64,000 bases of DNA from Burkholderiaceae bacterium (lineage in GTDB: Bacteria > Pseudomonadota > Gammaproteobacteria > Burkholderiales > Burkholderiaceae_B), in contig CBFHKV010000002.1 of the NCBI GenBank assembly GCA_965656505.1, positions 21,989 through 85,988 on the forward strand, written 5' to 3'. The position numbers and the translations under genes were made by a program. The notes under the pieces were generated by a model. That model did no database searches, had not been told where the DNA came from, and was given only the letters and a program-made list of their open reading frames with translations. Shown here in pieces: positions 18,681-28,785 of the stretch; positions within the stretch are counted from its first letter, which is position 1; each line of letters starts with the position of its first letter.

Positions 18681-20062
18681 TGCTTCTCTCCTGCACGTGC
18701 TTCCCCTTCGATAACTTCAATAACCACGATGCGATTGCCATCAACGTGATCAACTTGGATCTGTTGTCCTGCGTCAATGTAACCACCATTTGAAACGACG
18801 TCTACTCGTTTGCCCCCAATCACTGCAATGCCAGAAGGCCGCAAATCAGAAGCAGCCGTGCCGAGCTTGCCTTCGTAAGCGTGGTCGGACAGCGGCTCTG
18901 AAGTGAACCCTTGATCGGCATTTAAGCCCGTCTCCAGAATCAACTGACTGCCTATCTTGGTTTTGGGGAGGTATCGCAATATCAACAGGCTTAACACGAG
19001 CGCGAGTGCCAAGGAGCCGCCCAAGCGTGCAGCGGCGTTGATCAGTGCATCAACAGTAAAGCCATCGCCGACAGTGCTCAGCATCAGACCGGCGATCAAG
19101 GCCGCTAAGCCCAAAATGCCGGCAATACCGAAACCGGGGAGCACGAACGCTTCGACAAGTAAAAGGATGACCCCGAGGCCTGCTAGCAGCAGTTCCTCCA
19201 TCCCAGCGAGGTTGACCAACCAATGTCCCCAGATAAACAGCCCCAAACTGGTGATACCCAAGGCGCCGGGAATACCAAAGCCTGGTGTCCGTATCTCGAC
19301 CACGATGCCCAGCATGGCGACAGTCACCAGTAACGAACTCACGATCGGGTTGGTCAAGAACCGGACGACTTCTTCGGCCCAATTCACCGATGTTTCGACC
19401 ACTGTCGCGTCTCTAAGCCCCAACTGTTCGAGGGCAAGCGCCAACGTGGCGGCTTCATAATCGGCAATACCAACCTCAAGTGCCTCATCTGTGGTTAATG
19501 TCAACAGCTTGCCTCGGTCGGTCACCCCCGGAATCACAACATCTGAATCAACCATGGCTTCGGCGATCAGGGTGTCGCGGCCACGGCTCTCGGCCGTTGC
19601 ACTAAATTCTTTGCGAACGTAGGAGACGGTTTTTTCAGAAACGGGGCTCGTTTCGGTCCCCGAACTCTGCACCGGCGTGGCTGCGCCAATGGTGCCACCA
19701 GGTGCCATGACGATTGCGTTTGATGCCAAGCTGATGAGTGCACCAGCCGAGATGGCACGGGTGTCTATGTAGGCAATCGATTGGATGGGGCTCTTCAATA
19801 ACGCATCGCGTATCTGCACCGCTGCATCAACCCGGCCGCCAAAGGTATTGATTCTTAGGACAACCGCCGCAGCCCCATCTTGTTCGGCCTGTTTCAGGAT
19901 TCTTTCGATATACGGGGCAAGCCCCAAATCAATTGTTCCGCTCACGTCGGCCACATAAACCAATGGCCCATCTTTATTAGACTGGGACAAAGACAAGCTT
20001 GAAAGCCCCAAGGAAAAAATCAGGGCAATCAACGCCAACAATCGGAAAGACAATTTAGCCAT
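18677..20062 (-). CDS. nfeD: NfeD-family membrane-bound ClpP-class serine protease (long form, YqeZ-like)
   Basis: It has a signal/TM segment, a ClpP-like domain (TFGGRVDAA...[11 protein letters not shown]), several TM helices and a C-terminal OB/NfeD domain. I moved the start to the ATG at 20062 (MAKLSFRL). Confidence 0.85.
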   Translation of the reverse strand: MAKLSFRLLALIALIFSLGLSSLSLSQSNKDGPLVYVADVSGTIDLGLAPYIERILKQAEQDGAAAVVLRINTFGGRVDAAVQIRDALLKSPIQSIAYIDTRAISAGALISLASNAIVMAPGGTIGAATPVQSSGTETSPVSEKTVSYVRKEFSATAESRGRDTLIAEAMVDSDVVIPGVTDRGKLLTLTTDEALEVGIADYEAATLALALEQLGLRDATVVETSVNWAEEVVRFLTNPIVSSLLVTVAMLGIVVEIRTPGFGIPGALGITSLGLFIWGHWLVNLAGMEELLLAGLGVILLLVEAFVLPGFGIAGILGLAALIAGLMLSTVGDGFTVDALINAAARLGGSLALALVLSLLILRYLPKTKIGSQLILETGLNADQGFTSEPLSDHAYEGKLGTAASDLRPSGIAVIGGKRVDVVSNGGYIDAGQQIQVDHVDGNRIVVIEVIEGEARAGEKQ

Positions 20063-20264
20063 GCTTTGGAGTGTACATTGGTCACCCAAGCTTGTGGCTT
20101 TTAGTCTTTGTTCACAAGGGCTTTTGCATGATGAGTGTGCTCAGCTTCGCGAAAGTGGGCTAGGGAGCAGGGATTAACGAGTGGCACCGTCGTGCAAGCC
20201 AAAATACCCACGCCCTCACGTATTATGTTTGATGGCATCGATTAACCCATAGACAGGATGGATC

Positions 20265-21113
20265 ATGAACGAGACCAAAGTCAGCGCCTCAGAGGCGAGA
20301 AACGTCAAAGACACACGGGTAGCGATCGCTGGGCTTGGCGCTATCGGCCGATCGCTGGCGACGTCCCTGGCTGCTGGAGATGTTCCCGGCATGCGTTTGG
20401 TTGCCGTATCGGCTAAGGATCACGACAAGGCCAGCGGGTTTGTCGCCACACTGGATCACCCTGTGCCGGTGCTCACCATCGAGGCGCTAGAGCCGGTGGC
20501 TGACATCGTCGTGGAGTGTGCCCCCGCAGCTGTGTTGTCCGATATCGTGACGCCGTTCCTGAAGGCGGGCAAGCGCGCGGTAATTTTATCAGTGGGTGCT
20601 CTGCTGGCCAATGAGCACTTGAAGACGGTCGCAGCTGACCATGGCGGCACCATCATTGTGCCAACCGGCGCTTTGCTTGGGTTGGATGCCGTGATTGCGG
20701 CGGCCGAGGGCACGATACATCAGGCCAAGATGGTGACACGCAAGCCACCTGAAGGCCTGAAGGGCGCTCCCTACTTAGTGGAGAACAACATTGTCGTTGA
20801 GGGTCTAACAGCACCGCTGAAAGTCTTTGAGGGCAACGCCCGTGACGCTGCCAAGGGTTTTCCGGCTAATTTGAATGTGGTGGTCGCGCTGGCGCTAGCG
20901 GGTGTCGGGCCAGAGAAAACATGCTTGGAAATCTGGGCGGATCCGTCGGTAACGCGCAATACTCATAGCATCGAGCTCGATTCCGACGCCGCTCGAATGA
21001 CGATGACCATTGAGAACATCCCCTCGGACAACCCAAAAACCGGCCGTATCGTGGCCCAAAGTGTGGTGGCCTTACTGCGTAAGATGGGGGCAAGCTTGCG
21101 GGTAGGGACCTAA
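20265..21113 (+). CDS. Aspartate dehydrogenase-family protein (NadX-like)
   Basis: 282 aa with an N-terminal Rossmann motif (VAIAGLGAIGRS) and a C-terminal ENIPSDNPKTG segment typical of L-aspartate dehydrogenases. Confidence 0.7.
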   Translation: MNETKVSASEARNVKDTRVAIAGLGAIGRSLATSLAAGDVPGMRLVAVSAKDHDKASGFVATLDHPVPVLTIEALEPVADIVVECAPAAVLSDIVTPFLKAGKRAVILSVGALLANEHLKTVAADHGGTIIVPTGALLGLDAVIAAAEGTIHQAKMVTRKPPEGLKGAPYLVENNIVVEGLTAPLKVFEGNARDAAKGFPANLNVVVALALAGVGPEKTCLEIWADPSVTRNTHSIELDSDAARMTMTIENIPSDNPKTGRIVAQSVVALLRKMGASLRVGT

Positions 21114-21329
21114 GGTAGGAACTTGAGGACAGCAACCTAAGCGTTTGGGCTCGGTGGTCATCGCGACAGAGACGCGTTGTGGTTCTCGTTTGTAGTTCTC
21201 TTAAACGATAGAATAAACGCAAGTCATGTCACGGTATACGCACTGTGACGGCGTGATAAAGGCGTTCAACAAACGCGCGTAAGCCCATCAGGCACCAAAC
21301 TGTAAATACATTTGACAGACAGAGGCGAC

Positions 21330-22502
21330 ATGGTATTTCAACTGACAGAAGCCCAGCTAGATCTTCAGCAACGAACACGCGAGTTCATTGCGCAAAAAAT
21401 CATTCCACTCGAGTCCGATCCACGACATGGCGCGCACGGCCCTGATGAGTCTTTACGTGAAGAGTTGGTTGCGCTCGCCAAAGAGGCGGGCCTTCTGACG
21501 CCACACGCTTCCAAAGAAATGGGTGGGTTAGGGCTGAGTCACGTTGACAAAGCCATCGTTTTTGAAGAGGCGGGCTATTCGCGTTTGGGGCCAACCGCGT
21601 TGAATATTCACGCACCTGACGAGGGCAACATCCACTTGATGGAAATGGTTGCCAATGAGGAACACAAGGCGCGGTGGTTACGTCCTCAGGTAGAAGGCAA
21701 GATTCGGTCGTGTTTTGCGATGACAGAACCTGCGCCCGGTGCTGGCGCGGATCCTTCAATGCTGCAAACCACTGCGGTGCGTGATGGGGACGACTTCATT
21801 ATCAATGGCCGCAAGTGGTACACCACCGGTGCCTACGGTGCCACTTACGTCATCATCATGGCCAAACTGGAGGACGGTTCAGCCACCATGTTTTTGTCGG
21901 ATATGGACCAACCCGGTATTGAACTGGTTCGTCAGATGGATGCCATGGACAACTGTTTTACCGGCGGTCATGCCGTGATTGATTTCAAAGATTTACGCGT
22001 GCCGGCCTCGCAAGTGCTTGGTGAATTGGGCAAGGGTTTCCGATATGCGCAAGTTCGTTTGGCCCCTGCTCGATTGACGCACTGCATGCGCTGGTTGGGC
22101 CAAGCCCGTCGCGCGCATGACGTGGCTACTGAATATGCGCGCACTCGCGAAGCCTTCGGTCGCGTTTTGGGTAAGCATGAGGGCGTGGGCTTTATGTTGG
22201 CGGACAACGACATGGATCTGCAAACGTCACGGCTACACATACTGCATACGGCTTGGGTGTTGGACCAAGGTCAAACGGGTAATTTTGAATCCAGTCGGGC
22301 CAAGGTGGTTTGTTCTGAAGCCCAATGGCGCGTGGTCGACCGTTGCGTACAAATCCTTGGCGGGCAGGGTGTGACTGCCGATACCCCGGTCATGCGTATC
22401 TTCATGGATATGCGCTCGTTTCGGATTTATGACGGTCCCAGTGAGGTGCACCGTTGGAGCATGGCCAGAAAAATTCTGAATGGCGTAGGAGCTCAGCAAT
22501 GA
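21330..22502 (+). CDS. Acyl-CoA dehydrogenase-family protein (ACAD10/ACAD11-like branch)
   Basis: 390 aa from the ATG at 21330, with an AGAGG RBS. Motifs are SCFAMTEP, INGRKWYTTG, RLAPARLTHCMRWLG and RIYDGPSEVH. Confidence 0.85.
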   Translation: MVFQLTEAQLDLQQRTREFIAQKIIPLESDPRHGAHGPDESLREELVALAKEAGLLTPHASKEMGGLGLSHVDKAIVFEEAGYSRLGPTALNIHAPDEGNIHLMEMVANEEHKARWLRPQVEGKIRSCFAMTEPAPGAGADPSMLQTTAVRDGDDFIINGRKWYTTGAYGATYVIIMAKLEDGSATMFLSDMDQPGIELVRQMDAMDNCFTGGHAVIDFKDLRVPASQVLGELGKGFRYAQVRLAPARLTHCMRWLGQARRAHDVATEYARTREAFGRVLGKHEGVGFMLADNDMDLQTSRLHILHTAWVLDQGQTGNFESSRAKVVCSEAQWRVVDRCVQILGGQGVTADTPVMRIFMDMRSFRIYDGPSEVHRWSMARKILNGVGAQQ

Positions 22503-23278
22503 AGGCATCTATTTTTGACGCATTCCGTTTAGACGGTAAGGTGGCGCTTGTAACAGGTGCGTCTAGTGGTCTTGGCTTGCACTTTGCGACCGTCTTGGCG
22601 GCAGCGGGTGCGCATGTGGTTGTTGCCGCCCGACGCCAACAGGCCTTGGAGACGGTTTGTCACGACATCAGTGAGCAAGGTGGTAAGGCCAGTCCCGTGC
22701 TCTTGGATGTCACGGACCCCAAAAGTGTCCAGGCTTGTTTTGAGAATTGCGAGCGTTTGGCGGGTGTGCCTGATGTGATCGTGAACAATGCAGGAACGAC
22801 GGTCAGCAAACCCGCCATAGAGCAAACAGAGCAAGACTGGGATCAGGTGATAGACGCAAACTTGAAAGGTTGCTGGCAAGTCGGTTCACAAGCCGCGCGT
22901 GCACTGATTGCGGCACAAAAGCCAGGTAGCGTGATTAACATCGCATCGATTTTGGGTGAACGCGTGGCCGCAAGTGTTGGACCCTATGCGATTTCCAAAG
23001 CCGGCGTGATTCAAGCCACCAAAGTGATGGCGCTCGAGTGGGCTCGATACCAGATCCGCGCCAACGCTTTATTGCCGGGGTATGTTCGCACGCCTATTAA
23101 TGCGGATTTTCTAGACAGTCCGGCGGGCGAGAAACTGCGTTTGCGGATTCCTTCGCGGCGCTTCAATACGTTGTCTGATTTGACGGGACCCTTATTGCTT
23201 CTGGCGTCTGACGCTGGTAGTGCTATGTCTGGCGCCAGTTTGGCGGTCGATGGCGCCCATTTAGTGAGTGGACTATGA
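22499..23278 (+). CDS. SDR-family oxidoreductase
   Basis: Its start overlaps the ACAD stop (ATGA). Motifs are VALVTGASSGLG and YAISKAG. Confidence 0.85.
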   Translation: MKASIFDAFRLDGKVALVTGASSGLGLHFATVLAAAGAHVVVAARRQQALETVCHDISEQGGKASPVLLDVTDPKSVQACFENCERLAGVPDVIVNNAGTTVSKPAIEQTEQDWDQVIDANLKGCWQVGSQAARALIAAQKPGSVINIASILGERVAASVGPYAISKAGVIQATKVMALEWARYQIRANALLPGYVRTPINADFLDSPAGEKLRLRIPSRRFNTLSDLTGPLLLLASDAGSAMSGASLAVDGAHLVSGL

Positions 23279-24327
23279 GTTCGTCGCAGGCGGCTGCAGG
23301 CGGATTGGACGCGCAAGCGTGGCATCGGCTTGGCCAGTATTTGTGTGACGCAGGGGTGACGGACCAAATCGCGATCACGCCAACTTTGTTGACAGGTGGG
23401 CAATCGAATCCGACCTATCGTCTCAGTGTTGGTCAGGACGAGTTGGTTTTGAGGAAGAAGCCAGGGGGCGATCTTTTGCCCTCAGCCCACGCTGTTGACC
23501 GAGAATATCGCGTCATGAAAGCGTTGGCCGCTAGCGAGGTGCCAGTACCTGAGATGTTGCTTTACTGCGATGATGCCAGCGTGATTGGCACCCCCTTTTA
23601 TGTGATGCGTTTTCTTGAGGGTAGGGTTTTATTTGACCAAACCATTCCCGAATCAAGTGTTGCCGATCGCCGGGCGATTTATCGTGATATGAATCGCGTG
23701 ATTGCCGCGTTGCATCAGATCGACCCGGCCGCCGTGGGCCTGTCTGATTATGGTCGTGCGGGGAATTATTTTGGACGGCAAATCAACCGCTGGAGTCGCC
23801 AATACCAAGAAAACCATACCGAGCGTTTGGATGCCCTGGAAAAGCTGATCGAGTGGTTGCCCGGTCGCATCCCAGCCGGTGACGAGGTGTCTATCGTTCA
23901 CGGCGATTTTAGGTTGGACAACGTGATGTTGCACCCAACTGAGCCACGCGCCATCGCGGTGCTTGATTGGGAGTTGTCGACTTTGGGCCATCCTTTGGCA
24001 GATTTTTCTTATCACTGCATGAGCTGGCACATTCCGCCGAGCTTGTGGCGCGGTATTGGTGGCTTGGACTTGGCAGCGCTAGGTATCCCCAGTGAGGCTG
24101 AACATCTCGATCAATATGTCCAAGCCACGGGGTTGACCCAAGCACAAGAGCATTGGGATTTTTATTTGGCCTACAACTTTTTTAGAATGTCCTCCATCCT
24201 ATATGGCATCGGTCAACGGGCGCGGCAAGGCACAGCCGCGGCGGCCGATGCTTTAGAAACCGCAGCCAAAGCGGGACCATTGGCTGAGCTGGGTTGGCAT
24301 TATGCCCAAAGGTACGAGCAGCGTTGA
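23275..24327 (+). CDS. APH/choline-kinase-fold phosphotransferase
   Basis: 350 aa. Its start overlaps the SDR stop (ATGA). It carries the catalytic loop HGDFRLDNVM and DWELSTLGHP. Confidence 0.8.
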   Translation: MSSSQAAAGGLDAQAWHRLGQYLCDAGVTDQIAITPTLLTGGQSNPTYRLSVGQDELVLRKKPGGDLLPSAHAVDREYRVMKALAASEVPVPEMLLYCDDASVIGTPFYVMRFLEGRVLFDQTIPESSVADRRAIYRDMNRVIAALHQIDPAAVGLSDYGRAGNYFGRQINRWSRQYQENHTERLDALEKLIEWLPGRIPAGDEVSIVHGDFRLDNVMLHPTEPRAIAVLDWELSTLGHPLADFSYHCMSWHIPPSLWRGIGGLDLAALGIPSEAEHLDQYVQATGLTQAQEHWDFYLAYNFFRMSSILYGIGQRARQGTAAAADALETAAKAGPLAELGWHYAQRYEQR

Positions 24328-24349
24328 TCACTCGATAAGGAGGACCGAT

Positions 24350-25978
24350 ATGCAAGATCTAGCCCCGTGTGCGGCCAATTTTGCGCCTTTGTCACCCATC
24401 GGTTTTTTAGAGCGAGCCGCCTTGGTTTACCCAAATCGGGCGTCAGTCATCCATGGTGAGCGCCGGTTTACATGGCGTGAAACGGCCCAGCGCTGCAGAC
24501 AATTAGCGAGTGCCATCAAAAACAAAGGGTTGGGCCAAGGCGATGTCGTGGCGATCATAGCGCCCAACGTGCCAGCACTCTACGAGTGTCATTTTGGTGT
24601 GCCCATGTCGGGGGCGACGTTGTTGACTTTGAATACGCGCTTGGATGTCGACACCACCGCTTACATTTTGGTGCACGCCAACGTCAAACTATTGTTCTGT
24701 GACCCGGAGTTTTCGTCGTTAATTACAGCGGTTCAAGCCCAGTTGTCAGAACCGGTCATGGTGGTGGATGTGGCGGACCCGCTTTTTAAAGGCGACGCGA
24801 GTCCCATAGGGGTGTGTGACTACGAGGCCTTTTTGGGGTTGTCTGATCCTTATTTTGAGCCTACTTGGCCTTCGGATGAGTGGGACACCATTAGCTTGAA
24901 CTACACCTCGGGGACGACCGGTCGTCCCAAAGGCGCGTTGTACTCTCATCGGGCCACTTATCTGAATGCCATGAGCAATATGACTTCCACGGGGTGGCGT
25001 CAGCTGACAACCTACCTTTGGACATTGCCGATGTTTCATTGCAACGGCTGGTGTTTTCCGTGGACCACGGCGATGATGGCCAGCACCAATGTCTGCCTGC
25101 GTCGCGTGGAGCCCAAGGCCGTTTTTGAAGCCATCAAAACCTACCGTGTCGATTACTTTTGTGCCGCACCCGTGGTTCTGACGATGCTTGCCAATGCACC
25201 CGCTCAGGATCGCTTCAAACCGGACTGGAAAGTGGAAGTCGTGACTGGCGGTTCGGCACCACCGGCAGCTTTGCTCTCGGCTATGGCCGAGTTGGGTATT
25301 GAAGTTAGCCACCAATATGGCTTGACAGAAACGTTAGGTCCTTCGGTCATTTGTGCTTGGGATCCAGAATGGAGCGAAGAGCCTGCGCAAAGACAAGCAG
25401 ACCTAAAAAGTCGGATCGGTGTGCGTCGTGATGGCGTCGAAGCGGCGATGGTGATTGATACGCAAACCGGGGCACCCGTTCCCTGGGATGGTCAAACCAT
25501 TGGTGAATTGTTGTTACGGGGCAATACCTTGATGAAAGGCTACCTGAATAATCCACAGGCAACGGCCAAAGCGTTTGAGTCGGGTTGGTTTCATACCGGT
25601 GACTTGGTGGTGATTCACCCCGATGGTTATTGCCAAGTGAAAGATCGTTTGAAGGATATCGTGATCTCTGGCGGTGAAAACGTCTCCACGGTCGAGGTTG
25701 AGGGGATCCTATACCGACATCCCGCCGTGCTTGAAGCCGCTGTCGTGGCGATGCCACATGCAAAATGGGGAGAGACCCCATGCGCTTTTGTCACTCTAAA
25801 GGGGCAAACGCAAGCGACGCCAGATGAAATCATGGCATTTTGCAGGGAACACCTTGCAGGGTTTAAGGTGCCCACACGTATCGTGTTTTGTGATCTACCG
25901 AAAACCTCGACCGGTAAAATACAAAAGCACGTGTTGCGCGTCCAAGCTCAGGAGCTCGCCGGACAGGGGACGGATTAA
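24350..25978 (+). CDS. AMP-forming acyl-CoA synthetase (ANL superfamily)
   Basis: The ATG at 24350 follows an AAGGAGG RBS. It carries the AMP-binding motif LNYTSGTTGRPKG and later TGD...GGENVS...GKIQK. Confidence 0.85.
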   Translation: MQDLAPCAANFAPLSPIGFLERAALVYPNRASVIHGERRFTWRETAQRCRQLASAIKNKGLGQGDVVAIIAPNVPALYECHFGVPMSGATLLTLNTRLDVDTTAYILVHANVKLLFCDPEFSSLITAVQAQLSEPVMVVDVADPLFKGDASPIGVCDYEAFLGLSDPYFEPTWPSDEWDTISLNYTSGTTGRPKGALYSHRATYLNAMSNMTSTGWRQLTTYLWTLPMFHCNGWCFPWTTAMMASTNVCLRRVEPKAVFEAIKTYRVDYFCAAPVVLTMLANAPAQDRFKPDWKVEVVTGGSAPPAALLSAMAELGIEVSHQYGLTETLGPSVICAWDPEWSEEPAQRQADLKSRIGVRRDGVEAAMVIDTQTGAPVPWDGQTIGELLLRGNTLMKGYLNNPQATAKAFESGWFHTGDLVVIHPDGYCQVKDRLKDIVISGGENVSTVEVEGILYRHPAVLEAAVVAMPHAKWGETPCAFVTLKGQTQATPDEIMAFCREHLAGFKVPTRIVFCDLPKTSTGKIQKHVLRVQAQELAGQGTD

Positions 25979-26059
25979 AGAATGCAATGCGCTAGTAACA
26001 ACAGTAAAGTAATCGTATTGGCTTGTTTTTTGGTTGACTATCAATGAAAGGTTGGAAAT

Positions 26060-26914
26060 ATGGCGAAGCAATTTAGTCAGTGGGTGGTTGGTGCAGCCAC
26101 GGCCGCAAGTTTGACAGTAATGGGTTTGGGTTTGTCTGGCCTCTCTTTAGACGCCCGCGCTGCCGATAGCGCACCCATGTGGATGATGGGTGAAGTGCAC
26201 GACAACTCACAAGCGCACTTCTATCGACTCAAAGACCTAGAGGAAAAGCTTGGCGGGCAGTGGCGACCTGCGATCTTGATGGAGCAATTCAATGTCAATC
26301 AACAAGAGGCTTTAACCGCAGCTTGGCAGCGTTGCCAGACGCCGCAATGCGTCATTGATAGCGTGGGTGGTGTGTCAGGTTGGGATTGGGAGATGTATAA
26401 ACCTTTGATCGGGCTCGCGCTCAAGTATGAGTTACCGCTGGTTGCTGCCAACTTGTCCAAACAACAGGTTAACGCTGTGATGAAGTCGGGTTTTTCGGCG
26501 GTATTTGATGAGAAAACGATCAAGGCGTATCGATTGGATCAACCGCTGCCTCAGCCTTGGCTAGACAAGCAAAGAAAGCTCATCGCTGAAAGTCATTGCA
26601 ACGCATTACCAGAAAAATCCATTGATCCAATGGTCAAGGCACAGGCAGCACGTGATGTCATGTTTGCGCAACTGATGAAGCAATACGCCTCTCAAGGTTC
26701 GGTGCTGATTGCGGGTAACGGCCACGTGCGCCGCGATCTCGGTGTTTTACAGTGGTTGCCAGCCGATATGGCAAAGCGTGTCAAAGTGGCGGGTTATGTC
26801 GAGCCCAGTGGTGCCGATGCTTTTTTATATGACGTCATGAGGGTTGTTGAGCCACACAAGCGAGCCGATCCTTGTGAGACGTTTAAAAAGGACCAGAACG
26901 CCTCTTCGTCATAG
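26060..26914 (+). CDS. ChaN-family (DUF399, Tiki-like) periplasmic protein
   Basis: 284 aa with a signal peptide. MGEVHDN...H and GNGHVRRDLG motifs are as in ChaN/haem-binding uptake family proteins. Confidence 0.6.
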   Translation: MAKQFSQWVVGAATAASLTVMGLGLSGLSLDARAADSAPMWMMGEVHDNSQAHFYRLKDLEEKLGGQWRPAILMEQFNVNQQEALTAAWQRCQTPQCVIDSVGGVSGWDWEMYKPLIGLALKYELPLVAANLSKQQVNAVMKSGFSAVFDEKTIKAYRLDQPLPQPWLDKQRKLIAESHCNALPEKSIDPMVKAQAARDVMFAQLMKQYASQGSVLIAGNGHVRRDLGVLQWLPADMAKRVKVAGYVEPSGADAFLYDVMRVVEPHKRADPCETFKKDQNASSS

Positions 26915-26919
26915 GCAGT

Positions 26920-26949
26920 GACTGGCCGGCCTCGCGAGGTCGACCAGTC
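26920..26949. terminator. Hairpin between convergent genes (possible bidirectional terminator)
   Basis: Near-palindrome GACTGGCCGGCCTCG/CGAGGTCGACCAGTC with two mismatches. There is no clear U-tract. Confidence 0.4.
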
Positions 26950-26955
26950 AATCGT

Positions 26956-28620
26956 TCAGTAGCCGTTATGAATAACCACTTCGACCAAGTTGGGCTTGCC
27001 GGTGGCAATGGCGTACTCAACACATCGACGGATATCGCCAGGTTGTTCAACCCGAGTGGCGGTTAGACCAAAGCCCTGCGCCACCGAAACAAAATCAACC
27101 GCCGGATCTGTCATGTCCATGGCGACAAATTGGTCGGTGCCGCGCATGGCCTGCAAACGATTTTTGATGATGCGGTAACTACGGTTGTTGACGATCACGT
27201 AGGTGATTGGCAAACGCAGGTGAGCCGCTGTCCATAAGCTTTGAATGCTGTAGAGCGAGCTACCATCTCCAACCATGGCCACAACGGGACGATCGGGTTG
27301 AGCCAGGGACACACCTATGGCACCCGCCATGCCAAAGCCCAAACCACCACTTGTCAGGCCCAGATAGGCGATCGGATCGTCAGCGGGATAGAGCTTATTG
27401 AGAGCAGCGGCCGTGGTTAGCGTTTCGTCCACCACGATCACGTTCTCAGGCAGTGCCTCGACGATTTGCAAGATGGCATAGTCGGGATGAGTCGGCACAG
27501 CTGTGGCGTGCTGCTGGGTTGATTCGACAAATTTTGCCCGCGTACGCTGCCAATTATGGTCTTTGGCTTGGGCTAAGCGCTGTGCGGCTTGTGCGTGATC
27601 CGTGTCTGTGAGCTTGGCGCTCAGTATCGGCAATAAGGCGCGTAAGGTGTCGGCCACGTTGGCTCTGATGGCTGTTTCCGTGACAAAGTTCTTGCCAAGC
27701 TCCCAATCCCGTTCGCTGATGTGAACCACAGGCATGCCCTCAGGCAATGGTTCTACCGGTGCCATGGGTGACATACGGAGTAAGTCGCCTCCGAGACAAA
27801 TCAACAAGTCGTAGGCGCTTAGCGTCTCACGGACCTTGTATTGGTTGCGCGTGATTTCGCCCATGTTGGCAGGGTGTGATGTGGGAAATCGCGTGTTGTA
27901 GGGAACGGACTCAAGGTAGACGGGCGCACCAAGTTGCTCAGCGAGCGCGGCGGCTTCAGCAAAACAGTCGTGTCGACCCAGTTCTTGGCCGGCCAAGATG
28001 ACGGGACGTTCCGCTTGCCGCAAGCGATCGGCCAAGTCATGCAAGGCCCGGTCGGTGGGCTGTACGCTCGACTGCACCCGAGTGGGCTGGCCCAAATCCA
28101 TGGGCACGGTTTCATCCAAAATGCTGCCGGGCAGGCTGATGAAGACAGGTCCTGTGGGTGGCGTCATGGCGATTTTGGCGGCGCGATGCACGATACGCGG
28201 CAGGTCCTGTGCCCGCTCGACCTCGATGGCCCATTTAACGAGAGGCTGTGCGATACGAACCAAGGGTTCGTAGAGGAGCGGTTCTGTCAAACCATAACCG
28301 AGCTCGTATTGACCGGCAGTGACGATGAGTGGCGAACCATTGAACTTAGCGGTGTAAAGCGCACCCATGGCGTGACCGAGACCGGGCGTGCAATGCAGGT
28401 TTACAGCCGCTAGTTTGCCGCTGGCACGCGCATACCCGTCGGCCATGCCCAATACGACGCTTTCTTGAAGGCCGAGGACGTACTTGATCTGTGGGTATTG
28501 CGGCACGACTTCCATGAGGGGCAACTCAGTGGTGCCAGGATTGCCAAACAGGTGTGTGATGCCTTCTTGTATGAGCAGCTCTAAAAAGGCAGCTCGGCCG
28601 GTATAAGTGGGTTCATTCAT
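26956..28620 (-). CDS. TPP-dependent enzyme, benzoylformate decarboxylase/acetolactate synthase-like
   Basis: 554 aa with an N-terminal PYR domain (GITHLFGNPGTTELP...GYARASGK) and a C-terminal TPP motif (GDGSSLYSIQSLWTAA...VIVNN). Confidence 0.8.
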   Translation of the reverse strand: MNEPTYTGRAAFLELLIQEGITHLFGNPGTTELPLMEVVPQYPQIKYVLGLQESVVLGMADGYARASGKLAAVNLHCTPGLGHAMGALYTAKFNGSPLIVTAGQYELGYGLTEPLLYEPLVRIAQPLVKWAIEVERAQDLPRIVHRAAKIAMTPPTGPVFISLPGSILDETVPMDLGQPTRVQSSVQPTDRALHDLADRLRQAERPVILAGQELGRHDCFAEAAALAEQLGAPVYLESVPYNTRFPTSHPANMGEITRNQYKVRETLSAYDLLICLGGDLLRMSPMAPVEPLPEGMPVVHISERDWELGKNFVTETAIRANVADTLRALLPILSAKLTDTDHAQAAQRLAQAKDHNWQRTRAKFVESTQQHATAVPTHPDYAILQIVEALPENVIVVDETLTTAAALNKLYPADDPIAYLGLTSGGLGFGMAGAIGVSLAQPDRPVVAMVGDGSSLYSIQSLWTAAHLRLPITYVIVNNRSYRIIKNRLQAMRGTDQFVAMDMTDPAVDFVSVAQGFGLTATRVEQPGDIRRCVEYAIATGKPNLVEVVIHNGY

Positions 28621-28785
28621 ACGTATTCTCGATGTGTTTTTAGGGCTAGCTTACCTTGCTGACTTGCTCACAACCCTGCGTCGCGATATGGTTCGGGCTA
28701 TTGATGTAGGGTATACCGTGGCGTAGCCGTTGAAAAGTTACCTGCGACCCTTGTTGGCTTTTAAACCATAAGATAGGTGAAATAA

